A stretch of 64,000 nucleotides of DNA, taken from NCBI GenBank assembly GCA_018334565.1, contig JAGXLU010000001.1, forward strand, positions 61,248 through 125,247, in the 5' to 3' direction. The position numbers were made by a program, and so were the translations under genes. The notes beneath the pieces are model-generated. The model ran no database searches. It saw nothing but the letters and a program-made list of their open reading frames with translations, and was not told where the DNA came from. Position 1 is the first letter of the stretch, and the number at the start of each line of letters is the position of its first letter. This document shows positions 18,099 through 28,145 of the stretch, one piece after another. The stretch comes from Halanaerobiales bacterium (GTDB taxonomy: Bacteria > Bacillota > Halanaerobiia > Halanaerobiales > M55B127).

Positions 18099-19088
18099 TT
18101 AAATATTTTCATTCCATTCAATCACTGTAGCAGCCCATGTTAGGCCCGCACCAAAAGCAACCATTAATAACCTATCACCATTTTTTATCATGCCCTTTTC
18201 CTTAGCCTCTGCCAATGCTATTGCTACAGAAGCACTTGAAGTATTACCCACTTCTGGTAAATTAACATATATTTGTTCTTCAGTTAATTTTAATTTACGG
18301 CGAGCTGATTTAATAATTCTTGTGTTGGCCTGATGAGGGATCAATAAATCAAGATCATCTATACTAAGATCTGCTTTTTTTAATACATCTAAGGAAGCTC
18401 TCTTCATTGTTTTAACAGCAAATTTAAAAACAGGTGTACCTTCCATTCTTATAGTATGCATTTTATTTTTAACAGTTTCTAGACTGGCCGGATTCAAAGA
18501 ACCACCTGCTTCCATATAAAGAGCATCTGCTCCACTACCGTCAGAACCTAAATCAAAGGAGAGAAATCCTCCTTTTTCAGTTGGCTGCAGCACAGCTGCA
18601 CCTGCTCCATCTCCAAACAGCACACAGGTGTTTCTATCATCCCAGTCTGTGATTTTGGAAAGTGATTCAGCACCTATGATTAATACATTGTTATAAAGGC
18701 CAGTCTCTATAAATTGAGCACCTACACTTAAACCATATACAAAACCTGAACAGCCTGCTTCTAAATCAAAAGCTGCTGCTTTATTCGCACCAATTTTTTC
18801 CTGAATAATACAGGCTGTTGCAGGAAAAGCCATATCAGGAGTTACAGTTGATACAATAATTAAATCTAATTCTTTGGGATCAAGATTGGCTTTTTCTAAG
18901 GCTTTATAGGATGCTTCTAATGCTAGATCAGAGGTTGAAGTATCCTCATCTGCAATCCTCCTTTTTTTGATACCTGTTCTTTTTTGTATCCATTGATCTG
19001 TTGTATCAACTATCTTTTCTAATTCTTCATTTGTTACCACATTGGGAGGCAAATAACTCCCCCAACCCGTTATTGTTGCTCTTCTCAT
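18099..19088 (-). CDS. fabH: beta-ketoacyl-ACP synthase III
   Basis: 329 aa with the active-site AGCSGF, HQAN and GNTSSAS motifs. Confidence 0.95.
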   Translation of the reverse strand: MRRATITGWGSYLPPNVVTNEELEKIVDTTDQWIQKRTGIKKRRIADEDTSTSDLALEASYKALEKANLDPKELDLIIVSTVTPDMAFPATACIIQEKIGANKAAAFDLEAGCSGFVYGLSVGAQFIETGLYNNVLIIGAESLSKITDWDDRNTCVLFGDGAGAAVLQPTEKGGFLSFDLGSDGSGADALYMEAGGSLNPASLETVKNKMHTIRMEGTPVFKFAVKTMKRASLDVLKKADLSIDDLDLLIPHQANTRIIKSARRKLKLTEEQIYVNLPEVGNTSSASVAIALAEAKEKGMIKNGDRLLMVAFGAGLTWAATVIEWNENI

Positions 19089-19205
19089 TTATATATCCAC
19101 CTTTCTTAGTTCCTTTTAAAAGTTTTTATCTTATTATTTAGGTTGTAAAGTTTGAAGTCTTATCCACCTCCTATATTTATTTTTAACAATATTGAATTCA
19201 ATTTA

Positions 19206-20162
19206 TTATTGTTCTTTAATATATTCAACGTTTTTTTCTATTACCAAAGCTGTTTCATAAACCATTCCATCTATTATTTCTTTAACTGGCAAAATATCTT
19301 CTACCATTCCTGCAATTTGTCCGGCCATAACACTGCCCTCTTTAATATTTCCATTTTGGACTGCTTCTCTTAATTTTCCTTTTGCAGCTTCTTCTATTTT
19401 TTCCTTTTTTGTTCCCGTAGATTCCATCTTATCTATCTTTCTAGTTAATCTATTTTTCAGGTTACGTACAGGATGGCCGGTGCTTATACCAGTTATAACA
19501 GCATCTCTATCCCTCGCGGATAATATCGCTTCCTTATATTTTACATGAGCAGGGCTTTCTTGTGAACAAACAAATCTCGTGCCCATCTGCACACCTGAAG
19601 CTCCTAAAGATAATACAGCTGCAATACCACGTCCATCCGCTATTCCACCTGCTGCTATAATAGGAATTTTTATTGCATCAGCCATTTGAGGAATTATGGC
19701 CATGGTCGTTAATTCTCCGATATGACCACCAGCTTCTGTACCTTCAGCAATAACAGCATCTGCTCCCGCTCTAGCTAGTCGTTTTGCTAAAGCAACTGAT
19801 GATGCTACAGGGACTACCTTTATTTTGTTTTTTTTGAATCTATCAATATATTTGCCGGGATTACCTGCTCCTGTAGTTATTACAGGTACTTCTTCTTCAA
19901 TCACAAGCTCGATAATATCATCGACAAAAGGAGATAAAAGCATAATATTGACTCCATAGTTATTATCTGTTCTCTTTTTTACTTTCTGAATTTCCTCTCT
20001 TATAACTTCCCGGGGGGCATTTCCTGCCCCAATAATACCCAGACCACCTGCTTGCGATACTGCCGCGGCAAGTTCACCTGTGGCTACCCAGGCCATACCT
20101 CCTTGAAGAATTGGATACTTAATCTCAAAAAGGTCACATATTTTTGTTTTAATTGTTTTCAT
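19206..20162 (-). CDS. fabK: enoyl-ACP reductase II (FMN-dependent, FabK type)
   Basis: 318 aa. It resembles streptococcal FabK closely along its length (YPILQGGMAWV, GVNIMLLSPF, AEGTEAGGHIG, GSVMAGQIAG). Confidence 0.9.
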   Translation of the reverse strand: MKTIKTKICDLFEIKYPILQGGMAWVATGELAAAVSQAGGLGIIGAGNAPREVIREEIQKVKKRTDNNYGVNIMLLSPFVDDIIELVIEEEVPVITTGAGNPGKYIDRFKKNKIKVVPVASSVALAKRLARAGADAVIAEGTEAGGHIGELTTMAIIPQMADAIKIPIIAAGGIADGRGIAAVLSLGASGVQMGTRFVCSQESPAHVKYKEAILSARDRDAVITGISTGHPVRNLKNRLTRKIDKMESTGTKKEKIEEAAKGKLREAVQNGNIKEGSVMAGQIAGMVEDILPVKEIIDGMVYETALVIEKNVEYIKEQ

Positions 20163-21188
20163 TTAATCACCTCGGCTTTGACCGCTATTTTTAAGTTTAT
20201 CTTTTATTATATCAACTAAATTATTATCAATTGCTGCTCTAGCTACTTTTATCGCATTATATATAGCCTGATCATCTGAACTACCATGACCAATAATGAC
20301 TAGACCCTGCAAACCTAATAGAGGAGCACCTCCGTACTGTCGGTAATCCACTTTGTCTTTCATTTGATTTAACTCCTCTTTTAAAAGAAGGGCACCTAGT
20401 TTGGATTTAAGATTTTTGGTTAAGGCCTCTTTGAGTAAATCAAATACATAAGAAGCCACTCCCTCTGTTGTCTTTAAGACAATATTTCCCACAAATCCAT
20501 CGCAAACAACCACATCACAGCTGCCATTGAAAATATCTCTTCCCTCCACATTTCCAATAAAATTTTCTACTCTGTCTTCCTGTTCCAAGAGTTCAAATGT
20601 ATTACTATTTAATTTATTCCCCTTCTCTTTTTCCTCACCGATACTCAGCAAACCCACTCTCGGGTTGCTGATATTTAAAACCTGCTCAGCATAAATAGAG
20701 CCCATAATTGCAAATTGGATAAGGTGTTTAGGTGTAGAATCTACATTGGCCCCTGCATCCAAAACAATAGTATTACCTATTTTAGATGGAAAAACAGTTG
20801 CAATAGGGGGCCGATTAAGATTTGTAATTCTCCCAATTTTAAAAATTGCGGCAGCCATTACCGCCCCTGTATTCCCTGCTGAAATCAGTGCATCAGCTTT
20901 ATCTTCTTTTATTAATTTACATGCTACTAATAGAGAAGAATCCTTTTTATTGCGTAAAACAGAGGATGGTTTATCATCCATAGAAACAGTTTGTGATGCA
21001 TTTACCACCTTTATCGTGTCAGCTTTATAATTAAACTCTTTTAATATATTCTTTATTTTTGTTTCTTTTCCAGTTAAAATTACTTTTAAATCAGAAAATT
21101 CATTAACAGCTTTAACTGTGCCTTTAATAATTTCCCGGGGAGCTTTATCGCCACCCATACTATCTAATACAATTCTCAATCTTAACAA
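20163..21188 (-). CDS. plsX: phosphate acyltransferase PlsX
   Basis: 341 aa. The motifs DSMGGDKAP, GNTGA and VVCDGFVGN are present. The start is TTG as reported by the track. Confidence 0.9.
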   Translation of the reverse strand: MLRLRIVLDSMGGDKAPREIIKGTVKAVNEFSDLKVILTGKETKIKNILKEFNYKADTIKVVNASQTVSMDDKPSSVLRNKKDSSLLVACKLIKEDKADALISAGNTGAVMAAAIFKIGRITNLNRPPIATVFPSKIGNTIVLDAGANVDSTPKHLIQFAIMGSIYAEQVLNISNPRVGLLSIGEEKEKGNKLNSNTFELLEQEDRVENFIGNVEGRDIFNGSCDVVVCDGFVGNIVLKTTEGVASYVFDLLKEALTKNLKSKLGALLLKEELNQMKDKVDYRQYGGAPLLGLQGLVIIGHGSSDDQAIYNAIKVARAAIDNNLVDIIKDKLKNSGQSRGD

Positions 21189-21267
21189 CCCCTTTATCCT
21201 TAACTATATTTATATATTATATATTTATATCAATATTCCTACTTTTAAGAACAATTTTTTTAATATA

Positions 21268-21291
21268 TAACAAAACCAGCTTTTCAGCTGG
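21268..21291 (-). terminator. short hairpin with GAAA tetraloop plus UUUUG just upstream of the plsX promoter region
   Basis: The minus strand reads ccagct-gaaa-agctgg followed by ttttgtt. This implies that something transcribed from 21.3-21.9 kb ends here. Confidence 0.45.
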
Positions 21292-21883
21292 GGTCCTTTA
21301 TAATACTTTCTTAATATAATTTTTATGTTCTGTTTTTAAATTCAAAAGAGTAGATCAGTGCCTCTATATCAACATAATCCTATATTTTATCACTAATATG
21401 TAGTTTATGCTTCCCATTTAAACCTTAGCTATATTTTACCTTTTTAGTCCTGGTTAAGGGTATTTATCAAACATGCAAAAGATAAATTTAAAGATGCCTC
21501 TTTTTGTTTAACTACTTTTACTTATCTTTGATTACTAATCTAACCAAACCTTAAAATTTAACTTTGAATATAATAGATAAGGTCATTAAATTTTTTTCTT
21601 TTTTTAGAACTAATCACTACCACTAGAGCCTAATCTTGTTTATATAATTGCTCAAATTGATTATTTGCTCAAGCCTTTTGCATTCAAGACATAGTCAGCA
21701 CCTTATCTTTTTAAAATACATTTGCCTTATTTTTAGATTTAGGCTGACATTCTTTTACTTTATTAACTTAACCTGTTTATCTTTGAATATTATAATATCT
21801 CAAGCTCATCTTTTATAACACAGTCAAAATAGGGCTTTCAGTTTTAATCAAAATTATTTAAAAAGTACTTTATCATGTAAAAA

Positions 21884-21913
21884 GACAGGCCTTAGTTTTA
21901 AACCTGGCCTGCC
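21884..21913 (-). terminator. rpmF terminator
   Basis: The minus strand reads caggcc-(14 nt)-ggcctg followed by tcttttta, 10 nt after the rpmF stop. Confidence 0.5.
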
Positions 21914-21923
21914 TCTATATCTT

Positions 21924-22097
21924 TTATGTGTTAATTACTTTTTCACCCTTATAATATCCGCAGTTTGGACATGCTCGGTGTGATAATATCAATTCATCGC
22001 ATTCCGGACAATTTACTAAATTTGGAGCTTTCAACTTCCAATGTGTACGGCGTTTTCTTTTTCTTGATTTAGAAGTCCTTCTTTTAGGAACCGCCAT
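21924..22097 (-). CDS. rpmF: 50S ribosomal protein L32 (zinc-ribbon C+ form)
   Basis: Missing from the ORF track (57 aa). Own translation: [57 protein letters not shown]. Confidence 0.92.
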   Translation of the reverse strand: MAVPKRRTSKSRKRKRRTHWKLKAPNLVNCPECDELILSHRACPNCGYYKGEKVINT

Positions 22098-22121
22098 ATC
22101 CTAACACCTCCCCTATGTTTA

Positions 22122-22601
22122 CTATTTTTGTTTAAATTCTTTTAATTTTTCCAATCTTGGATCAATATTTTCAAATTCACAATCACAATCACCTTCATTT
22201 AGATTCTGACCACAAATTGGACAGAGTCCTTTACAGTTTTCATCGTGAAGAGGTTTGATCGGAATTTCCAGTATAATATCGCTAACCAAGAGAGGAAATA
22301 TATTTATATTGTTTAAGTCTTCGATGTCTTCAATATCCAGCTCATCTCTAATCTCAACTTCAATCATATAATCAAAATATTTCAAACATCTGCTGCACTG
22401 TAAAATCAATGTGCATTCTAAATCTCCCTTTAAAATAAATGATCTTTCGGTTTTTAATACATCCAAATTTACTTTTATAGGCCCCTTTAATTCTATCTCT
22501 TTGTGTCTATAATCAATCTTGGTCGCTTCGATTTCTTTAACATAGTTCTTTTGGCTTCCGACTTCTTTGAGATCACTGAGATTCAAAATCATTTTTTTCA
22601 C
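22122..22601 (-). CDS. yceD: YceD/YlbN family DUF177 protein (large-subunit rRNA accumulation protein)
   Basis: 159 aa. It has CSRC...CKGLCPICGQNLN cysteine motifs and the conserved position immediately upstream of rpmF. Confidence 0.85.
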   Translation of the reverse strand: MKKMILNLSDLKEVGSQKNYVKEIEATKIDYRHKEIELKGPIKVNLDVLKTERSFILKGDLECTLILQCSRCLKYFDYMIEVEIRDELDIEDIEDLNNINIFPLLVSDIILEIPIKPLHDENCKGLCPICGQNLNEGDCDCEFENIDPRLEKLKEFKQK

Positions 22602-22662
22602 CTCTATATATATATGAGCCAGACTTTATTATATAAAAGATAATAAATAATTGTCAAGCTAT

Positions 22663-23862
22663 TTATTTATTTTCTACAATTCTTTTTGTATCTCTGGCAA
22701 TAACTAATTCCTCATTAGTTGGGATCACAAAAACTTTTATTTTTGATTTATCGGTGGTAATCTCTTTTTCTTCACCCCTTACTTTATTTGCTTTATGATT
22801 TAAGTCAAAACCTAAATTATTAAGGTCTTTTAGGATATTTGCTCTGACTTCTCCAGCGTTTTCACCAATACCCCCTGTGAAAACAACTGCATCTACCCCG
22901 TTTAGCACTGCCATATATGATCCAATATATTTTTTTACCCTATAGTTAAAAATCTGGTCTGCTAGAGCTGCCCTGTGGTTACCACTACTGGCAGCCTGTC
23001 TTACATCACGCGAATCATTACTCACACCTGATATACCCAATAGACCACTTTTTTTATTCAGTATATTATCAACCTCTTCTGTATCTAAATCTTCTTTTTC
23101 CATTAAAAAAGGTATAATAGCGGGATCTAAATCACCACTTCTTGTTCCCATTGCCAACCCTTCTAGAGGTGTCATCCCCATACTAGTATCAACAGATTTC
23201 CCTTTATCTACTGCTGTAATTGACGCTCCATTACCCAAATGACAGGTAATAATTTTGAGTTCTTTTATATCCTTATCCATTAATTCAGCTGCTCGATTAG
23301 CAACATATTGATGAGATGTCCCATGAAAACCATAGCGCCTAACTTCATATTTTTTATAGTATTCATAGGGTATAGCATATATATATGCTTTTTCCGGCAT
23401 AGATTGGTGAAAAGCCGTATCAAAAACACCCACCTGAGGTTTATCAGGCAATAGCTCTTTACAAACTTTAATACCTGATAAGTTATGCGGATTATGGAGA
23501 GGAGCTAAAGAAGATACTTCCTCTATTTTATCAAGTACTTCATCAGTAATTAAGGTTGATTGAGCAAATTTTTCACCCCCATGAACAACTCTATGTCCAA
23601 CAGCATAAATTTCATCTATATTCTCTAACACACCCACCTTAGAATCAAGGAGTATATCCATCACATCCTGAATTCCATCCCGGTGATTCGAGATATTCAA
23701 AGTTTTATTAACTTCTTTACCTTCAATATTTTCATATTCTATGACTGAATCACCAATTCCGATTCTCTCTACAAGACCTTTAGCAAGTACTTTTTCTTCT
23801 TCCATATTGAATAATTGAAATTTTATTGATGAACTTCCACTATTTAATACCAAAACTTTCAT
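22663..23862 (-). CDS. ackA: acetate kinase
   Basis: 399 aa with the motifs VLVLNSGSSSIKFQL, HRVVHGG and FTGGIGEN. Confidence 0.95.
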   Translation of the reverse strand: MKVLVLNSGSSSIKFQLFNMEEEKVLAKGLVERIGIGDSVIEYENIEGKEVNKTLNISNHRDGIQDVMDILLDSKVGVLENIDEIYAVGHRVVHGGEKFAQSTLITDEVLDKIEEVSSLAPLHNPHNLSGIKVCKELLPDKPQVGVFDTAFHQSMPEKAYIYAIPYEYYKKYEVRRYGFHGTSHQYVANRAAELMDKDIKELKIITCHLGNGASITAVDKGKSVDTSMGMTPLEGLAMGTRSGDLDPAIIPFLMEKEDLDTEEVDNILNKKSGLLGISGVSNDSRDVRQAASSGNHRAALADQIFNYRVKKYIGSYMAVLNGVDAVVFTGGIGENAGEVRANILKDLNNLGFDLNHKANKVRGEEKEITTDKSKIKVFVIPTNEELVIARDTKRIVENK

Positions 23863-24203
23863 TATTGCCCTCCTAATTAAAATAATTTTTTAGTCATTTA
23901 TATTATACATAGTCCTTTGATATATAAAATCAATTAAAAAACAAAATTTATTATTTATTAAAGCATAAGGCGAGAAAACAAATATATATGTATATGATAC
24001 TGAACTTAAAAATCATTAATTATTTGATTATCTATTAGATCTTACTTTCAACTTAAACTATTTAATAATATATTGTGCCTTTATGTCTTGCATCCTTATT
24101 AATATTGTTTAGTTTTTTTTAATTTCTTACTCTCAATATTTTGTTGGAGCTTGCTATTTTAAAAGATTATTCCTGCTTTTCTTCACAGTAATTTAATTAT
24201 AAT

Positions 24204-25205
24204 TTATTTTAAGTTTTGAGCCTGAACTGCTGTAATAGTTACAACATTTACAATATCCTGAACTGAACATCCTCTGGATAAATCATTAACTGGCTTTGCC
24301 ATGCCCTGTAAAATAGGTCCAATTGCATCTGCCTTAGCCAACCTCTGTACTAATTTATACCCTATATTCCCAGCCTGCAAATCGGGAAATATTAATACAT
24401 TTGCTTTGCCGGCAACAGGACTTTCCGGTGACTTTTTTTCTGCAACAGAAGGTACTATTGCAGCATCCAGCTGTAGTTCCCCATCAATAATTATATCAGG
24501 AGCTTGTTTTTGAGCTAAATTAGTAGCTTCAATCACCTTATCAGCTAATCCATGTTTAGCACTGCCTTTTGTGGAAAATGAGAGCATTGCTACCACAGGA
24601 TCTAAATCAGGCAGAAGCCCTGCCGTTTCTGCTGATGATACAGCTATTTCAGCCAGCTGATTGGCATCAGGATTGGGGTTAACCGCCACATCAGAAAATA
24701 TAAAGACTCCTTTTTGGCCAAATTCAGTATCAGGAACATCCATGATCATCGCACCTGATACAACCGATATATTTTCTTTTGTTTTTATAATCTGTAAAGC
24801 AGGTCTTAAAACATCGCCTGTTGCATTTATAGAACCAGCTAATAGACCATCTGCTCTTTTTGTATAAACCATTAAAACTCCAAAATATAGTGGATCTGAA
24901 ACTTTTTCAAAAGCAGCCTCTTTTAAAAGCCCTTTCTCTTTACGTAATTTAAATAAAGTTTCTGCAAACTCCTCTCTAAGTACTGAATCGTGGGGATTTA
25001 TTATTTCTATATCAGTTAAATCCACATCTGCCTGCTGAGCAATATTTTTAATTTCACTCTCTTGGCCTAATAAAATAATATCTGCCAATTTTTCTTCTTT
25101 TATTTGAGTTAAGGCATTAATAATTCTTGGTTCAATACCTTCGGGTAATACAATTTTTTGTTTGTTCTGTCGGGCTTTGTCTTTAAATTCCTTCATAATA
25201 TTCAT
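24204..25205 (-). CDS. pta: phosphate acetyltransferase
   Basis: 333 aa from the ATG at 25205, which has AAGGAGG 9 nt upstream. The track start at 25226 has no SD. The sequence is a PTA_PTB family member throughout (SFSTKGSA, DGELQLDAA). Confidence 0.92.
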   Translation of the reverse strand: MNIMKEFKDKARQNKQKIVLPEGIEPRIINALTQIKEEKLADIILLGQESEIKNIAQQADVDLTDIEIINPHDSVLREEFAETLFKLRKEKGLLKEAAFEKVSDPLYFGVLMVYTKRADGLLAGSINATGDVLRPALQIIKTKENISVVSGAMIMDVPDTEFGQKGVFIFSDVAVNPNPDANQLAEIAVSSAETAGLLPDLDPVVAMLSFSTKGSAKHGLADKVIEATNLAQKQAPDIIIDGELQLDAAIVPSVAEKKSPESPVAGKANVLIFPDLQAGNIGYKLVQRLAKADAIGPILQGMAKPVNDLSRGCSVQDIVNVVTITAVQAQNLK

Positions 25206-25355
25206 CTTTATATACCTCCTTATCATATATTACATTATATTATAAAAATTAAAATAATTCTATATGTAAACTTTATATAAATAGGCCTTTGTTATTATGT
25301 ATATTTTCTGATAATATTAAAATATAAATTATGTTTTATGTAAAGGATGATAAAA

Positions 25356-26627
25356 ATGAAAATAGTTGGTATCATTGTTGAATATAATCCTTTTCACAAA
25401 GGCCACCTATATCACATTAATAAAACGCGGGAAATAACAAGGGCCGATTATATAATAGCCGTAATGTCTGGACATTTTACACAACGTGGCACCCCTGCTC
25501 TCTGTGATAAATGGAACAGAACAAAAATGGCCTTAAAGGGAGGCATAGACCTGTTAATAGAGCTACCCTTATGTTTTAGCATAAGGAGTGCTGAATACTT
25601 TGCACAATCCTCTCTGCGCCTTCTAGATAGTCTGAATATAGTTGATCAGGTCGTTTTCGGCAGTGAGCTAGGCCAAATTGAAACTCTAGCTAAAATTTCC
25701 TCCCTGATGCTCAGCAGTAATCAATATTATGAAAAACGGCTCAAAAATTACCTAAAAGAGGGACAAGCCTATCCGGCTGCACGAAAAAATGCCCTGCTCG
25801 ATATTATAAAGATAGAAAATTTAGAATTGATAAGTAAAAAGGAAAACATTTATAAAATTCTAGGTGGTTCCAATAACATCCTTGGTATAGAATATCTGAA
25901 AGCAAAACAAAAATATCAATTAAATATTGATCTCAAGACTATCAAAAGAATTGGTCAAAACTATCATTCTAATAACATTGAAGATAAATATATCAGTGCC
26001 ACATCGATCAGGCATGCAGTTTATAAAAATAATTTAGTCAAAATAAAAGATAAGATACCTAGCTTTTCTTATAAGATCTTAAGAAATGAGATCAAAAAAA
26101 ATAAAATACCTTTAATAAAAGATAATTTAGCCCTAATTATGCTGGCTAAATTAAGGCATTTAGATGTAAATGATTTAAAAAAAATTCATGATGTAAACCC
26201 GAATTTAGCCCAAAGAATTAAAGCTGTTGCGCAAAAAACAGGCGACTATAATCAGCTTATATCTGCTTTAAATACCAGGTCTTATACAAAAACCAGATTT
26301 CAGAGGATTTTACTAAATATATTATTTGATCTAGATCAAAAAACAATAGAAAAACATGATAGAAAAGGGCCTTCTTATTTACGTATATTGGGATTTAGTC
26401 TTAAAGCAGAAAATCTGCTTTCGATTTTATCTGAAGAAGCAGGCCTACCTCTCATCTATAATCCATCTCAATATTTAAATGAACTCTCTTTTAAAACAGA
26501 GAATCTTTTAAAAAGTTCTTTAAGTTACGATCTTTACGCAACTGATATCTTCAGCCTTTTATATCAAGATTCGTCATATAGAATTGCCAAAATGGATTAC
26601 AAAAATAAGGTTATTAAAATGAATTAA
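25356..26627 (+). CDS. tmcAL: tRNA(Met) cytidine acetate ligase TmcAL (YlbM/UPF0348)
   Basis: The N-terminal GIIVEYNPFHKGHLYHI hallmark is present. The start is moved to the ATG at 25356, which has AAAGGA upstream. Confidence 0.8.
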   Translation: MKIVGIIVEYNPFHKGHLYHINKTREITRADYIIAVMSGHFTQRGTPALCDKWNRTKMALKGGIDLLIELPLCFSIRSAEYFAQSSLRLLDSLNIVDQVVFGSELGQIETLAKISSLMLSSNQYYEKRLKNYLKEGQAYPAARKNALLDIIKIENLELISKKENIYKILGGSNNILGIEYLKAKQKYQLNIDLKTIKRIGQNYHSNNIEDKYISATSIRHAVYKNNLVKIKDKIPSFSYKILRNEIKKNKIPLIKDNLALIMLAKLRHLDVNDLKKIHDVNPNLAQRIKAVAQKTGDYNQLISALNTRSYTKTRFQRILLNILFDLDQKTIEKHDRKGPSYLRILGFSLKAENLLSILSEEAGLPLIYNPSQYLNELSFKTENLLKSSLSYDLYATDIFSLLYQDSSYRIAKMDYKNKVIKMN

Positions 26628-27637
26628 GCAGCAGTTTTTAGCTTTTGTTTATTTAAATAGTCAATAACATCATCAAATGTTCTAACTGGAATGAGTTTCA
26701 TATTTATATTGGCTTTTTTTGCCTCCTCTTGATTCTCAATCGGTAAAATAAATATTTCTGCCCCAGCTTTCTGGGCAGCCAATATTTTCTGCACAACACC
26801 ATCTATTTCTCCAATTTCTCCTTTTAAGTTTATAGTTCCTGTTCCGGCAATTTTTTTACCCATTGTCAGGTCTTCTTTAACCAACTGATTATAAATTTCA
26901 AGGGCAAACATACCACCGGCCGATGGACCAACAATATTGCCGGTTTTATATTCAACCTTAACCGGGAAATTATAACTTAAATTCTTGGTCGTTATCAAAA
27001 TACCAATTGAAGCCTTACCGGGGTCTTCAGCAAGTTCTATTGTCTCAACATTTATGGTTATTTTGTTATTATTACGCATTACCGCTAATTTTACCTCATC
27101 ACCAATCTCACGTTTTCTTATTATATCAACTGCCTCAGAGGCAAGCTCGGTCTTCTGTCCATCAACTTCTACAATAGTGTCACCACTTTTTAATTTATTA
27201 TAGGCAGCACTGCTCTCTAAAACTTCAATTATTTCTACCCCACCGCCATGAACCTGAATATCATAGCCATTTTTTTGTAAAGCAACAGCTTCAGCTGTTA
27301 ATTTGCTTTCCTCCATCAAATCAGCCATCATCTGTAAATATCTCTCCATATTTATATTTTCGGGTAATTGATCTGTTAATAACTCCAGCTCATAACCAGC
27401 AGGACTAAATGTTTTGAGATAAATATAATCCCAAACAGTCGCTTTCTGGCTGCCTACAGCAGTTAACAGGAAGCTGCCCTCTATCTGATCCTTATATCCA
27501 CCTTCAACTGTAATTATAGAAGATAGCTCTTTAGCCAATCCGGGTGACATAAGATAATAGGAAGTAGGTATAAAGTTTATGATTATAAAAATTATAATTA
27601 AAATGCCGATTCCTTTTGTCAATTTATCCTTATTCAT
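26624..27637 (-). CDS. ylbL: YlbL/SepM-type PDZ plus Lon-like C-terminal serine protease
   Basis: The architecture is an N-terminal TM helix, a PDZ domain (GDTIVEVDG) and a Lon_C-like domain (GPSAGGMFAL). The start at 27637 is preferred (AGGAGTGG SD) over 27718, which would overlap coaD. Confidence 0.8.
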   Translation of the reverse strand: MNKDKLTKGIGILIIIFIIINFIPTSYYLMSPGLAKELSSIITVEGGYKDQIEGSFLLTAVGSQKATVWDYIYLKTFSPAGYELELLTDQLPENINMERYLQMMADLMEESKLTAEAVALQKNGYDIQVHGGGVEIIEVLESSAAYNKLKSGDTIVEVDGQKTELASEAVDIIRKREIGDEVKLAVMRNNNKITINVETIELAEDPGKASIGILITTKNLSYNFPVKVEYKTGNIVGPSAGGMFALEIYNQLVKEDLTMGKKIAGTGTINLKGEIGEIDGVVQKILAAQKAGAEIFILPIENQEEAKKANINMKLIPVRTFDDVIDYLNKQKLKTAA

Positions 27638-27662
27638 AACAAGACCACTCCTGATATCTGCT

Positions 27663-28145
27663 TTATTGTTCTTTGATTTTTTTTTGCAAGGCTTTTTCGA
27701 CCTGCTCTGGCACAACATTATTCAAATTACCGCCAAACTTTGCCACCTCTTTAACCAGACTGGAACTCAAAAAAGCATATTTGGTATCAGTCATCAAAAA
27801 GATGGTCTCAATACTGTCATCAAGTTCTTTATTCATAGAAGCCATTTGAAATTCTCCTTCAAAATCAGATACAGCTCTAAGCCCTCTTAAAATAGCTTTA
27901 GCCTTTTGTGACCTCACATAATTTGTAGTAAGGCCTGTGAAGGAATCTATTTTTACCTTATCTATATCACCTATGGTCTCTTTTAACAGATTCACTCTTT
28001 CTTCCATAGAAAAAATATGATCTTTATTGGGATTATTAAAAACCGCCACAATAACCTCATCAAATAAATTAACAGCTCTCTTTATAATATTAATATGGCC
28101 CTTTGTAATAGGATCAAAACTACCAGGATATACTACCGTATCCAT
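27663..28145 (-). CDS. coaD: phosphopantetheine adenylyltransferase
   Basis: 160 aa. It has the YPGSFDPITKGH nucleotidyltransferase motif and ISSSLV near the C-terminus. Confidence 0.95.
   Translation of the reverse strand: MDTVVYPGSFDPITKGHINIIKRAVNLFDEVIVAVFNNPNKDHIFSMEERVNLLKETIGDIDKVKIDSFTGLTTNYVRSQKAKAILRGLRAVSDFEGEFQMASMNKELDDSIETIFLMTDTKYAFLSSSLVKEVAKFGGNLNNVVPEQVEKALQKKIKEQ

Noticed and set aside
21445-21460. A quasi-palindrome TTAGTCCTGGTTAAGG in the rpmF-plsX spacer, considered as a FapR-type operator.
   Set aside because: Only 4 of 7 positions are symmetric. It lies about 260 nt from the plsX start, no fapR gene is present, and I cannot recall the FapR consensus precisely enough to claim a match.
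23863-24203. A 340-nt spacer between pta and ackA, examined for an sRNA, riboswitch or small ORF.
   Set aside because: No convincing hairpin or terminator, no conserved motif and no SD-preceded ORF was found. It contains a plausible extended -10 promoter (TGTATAAT) for ackA and otherwise looks like plain AT-rich spacer.
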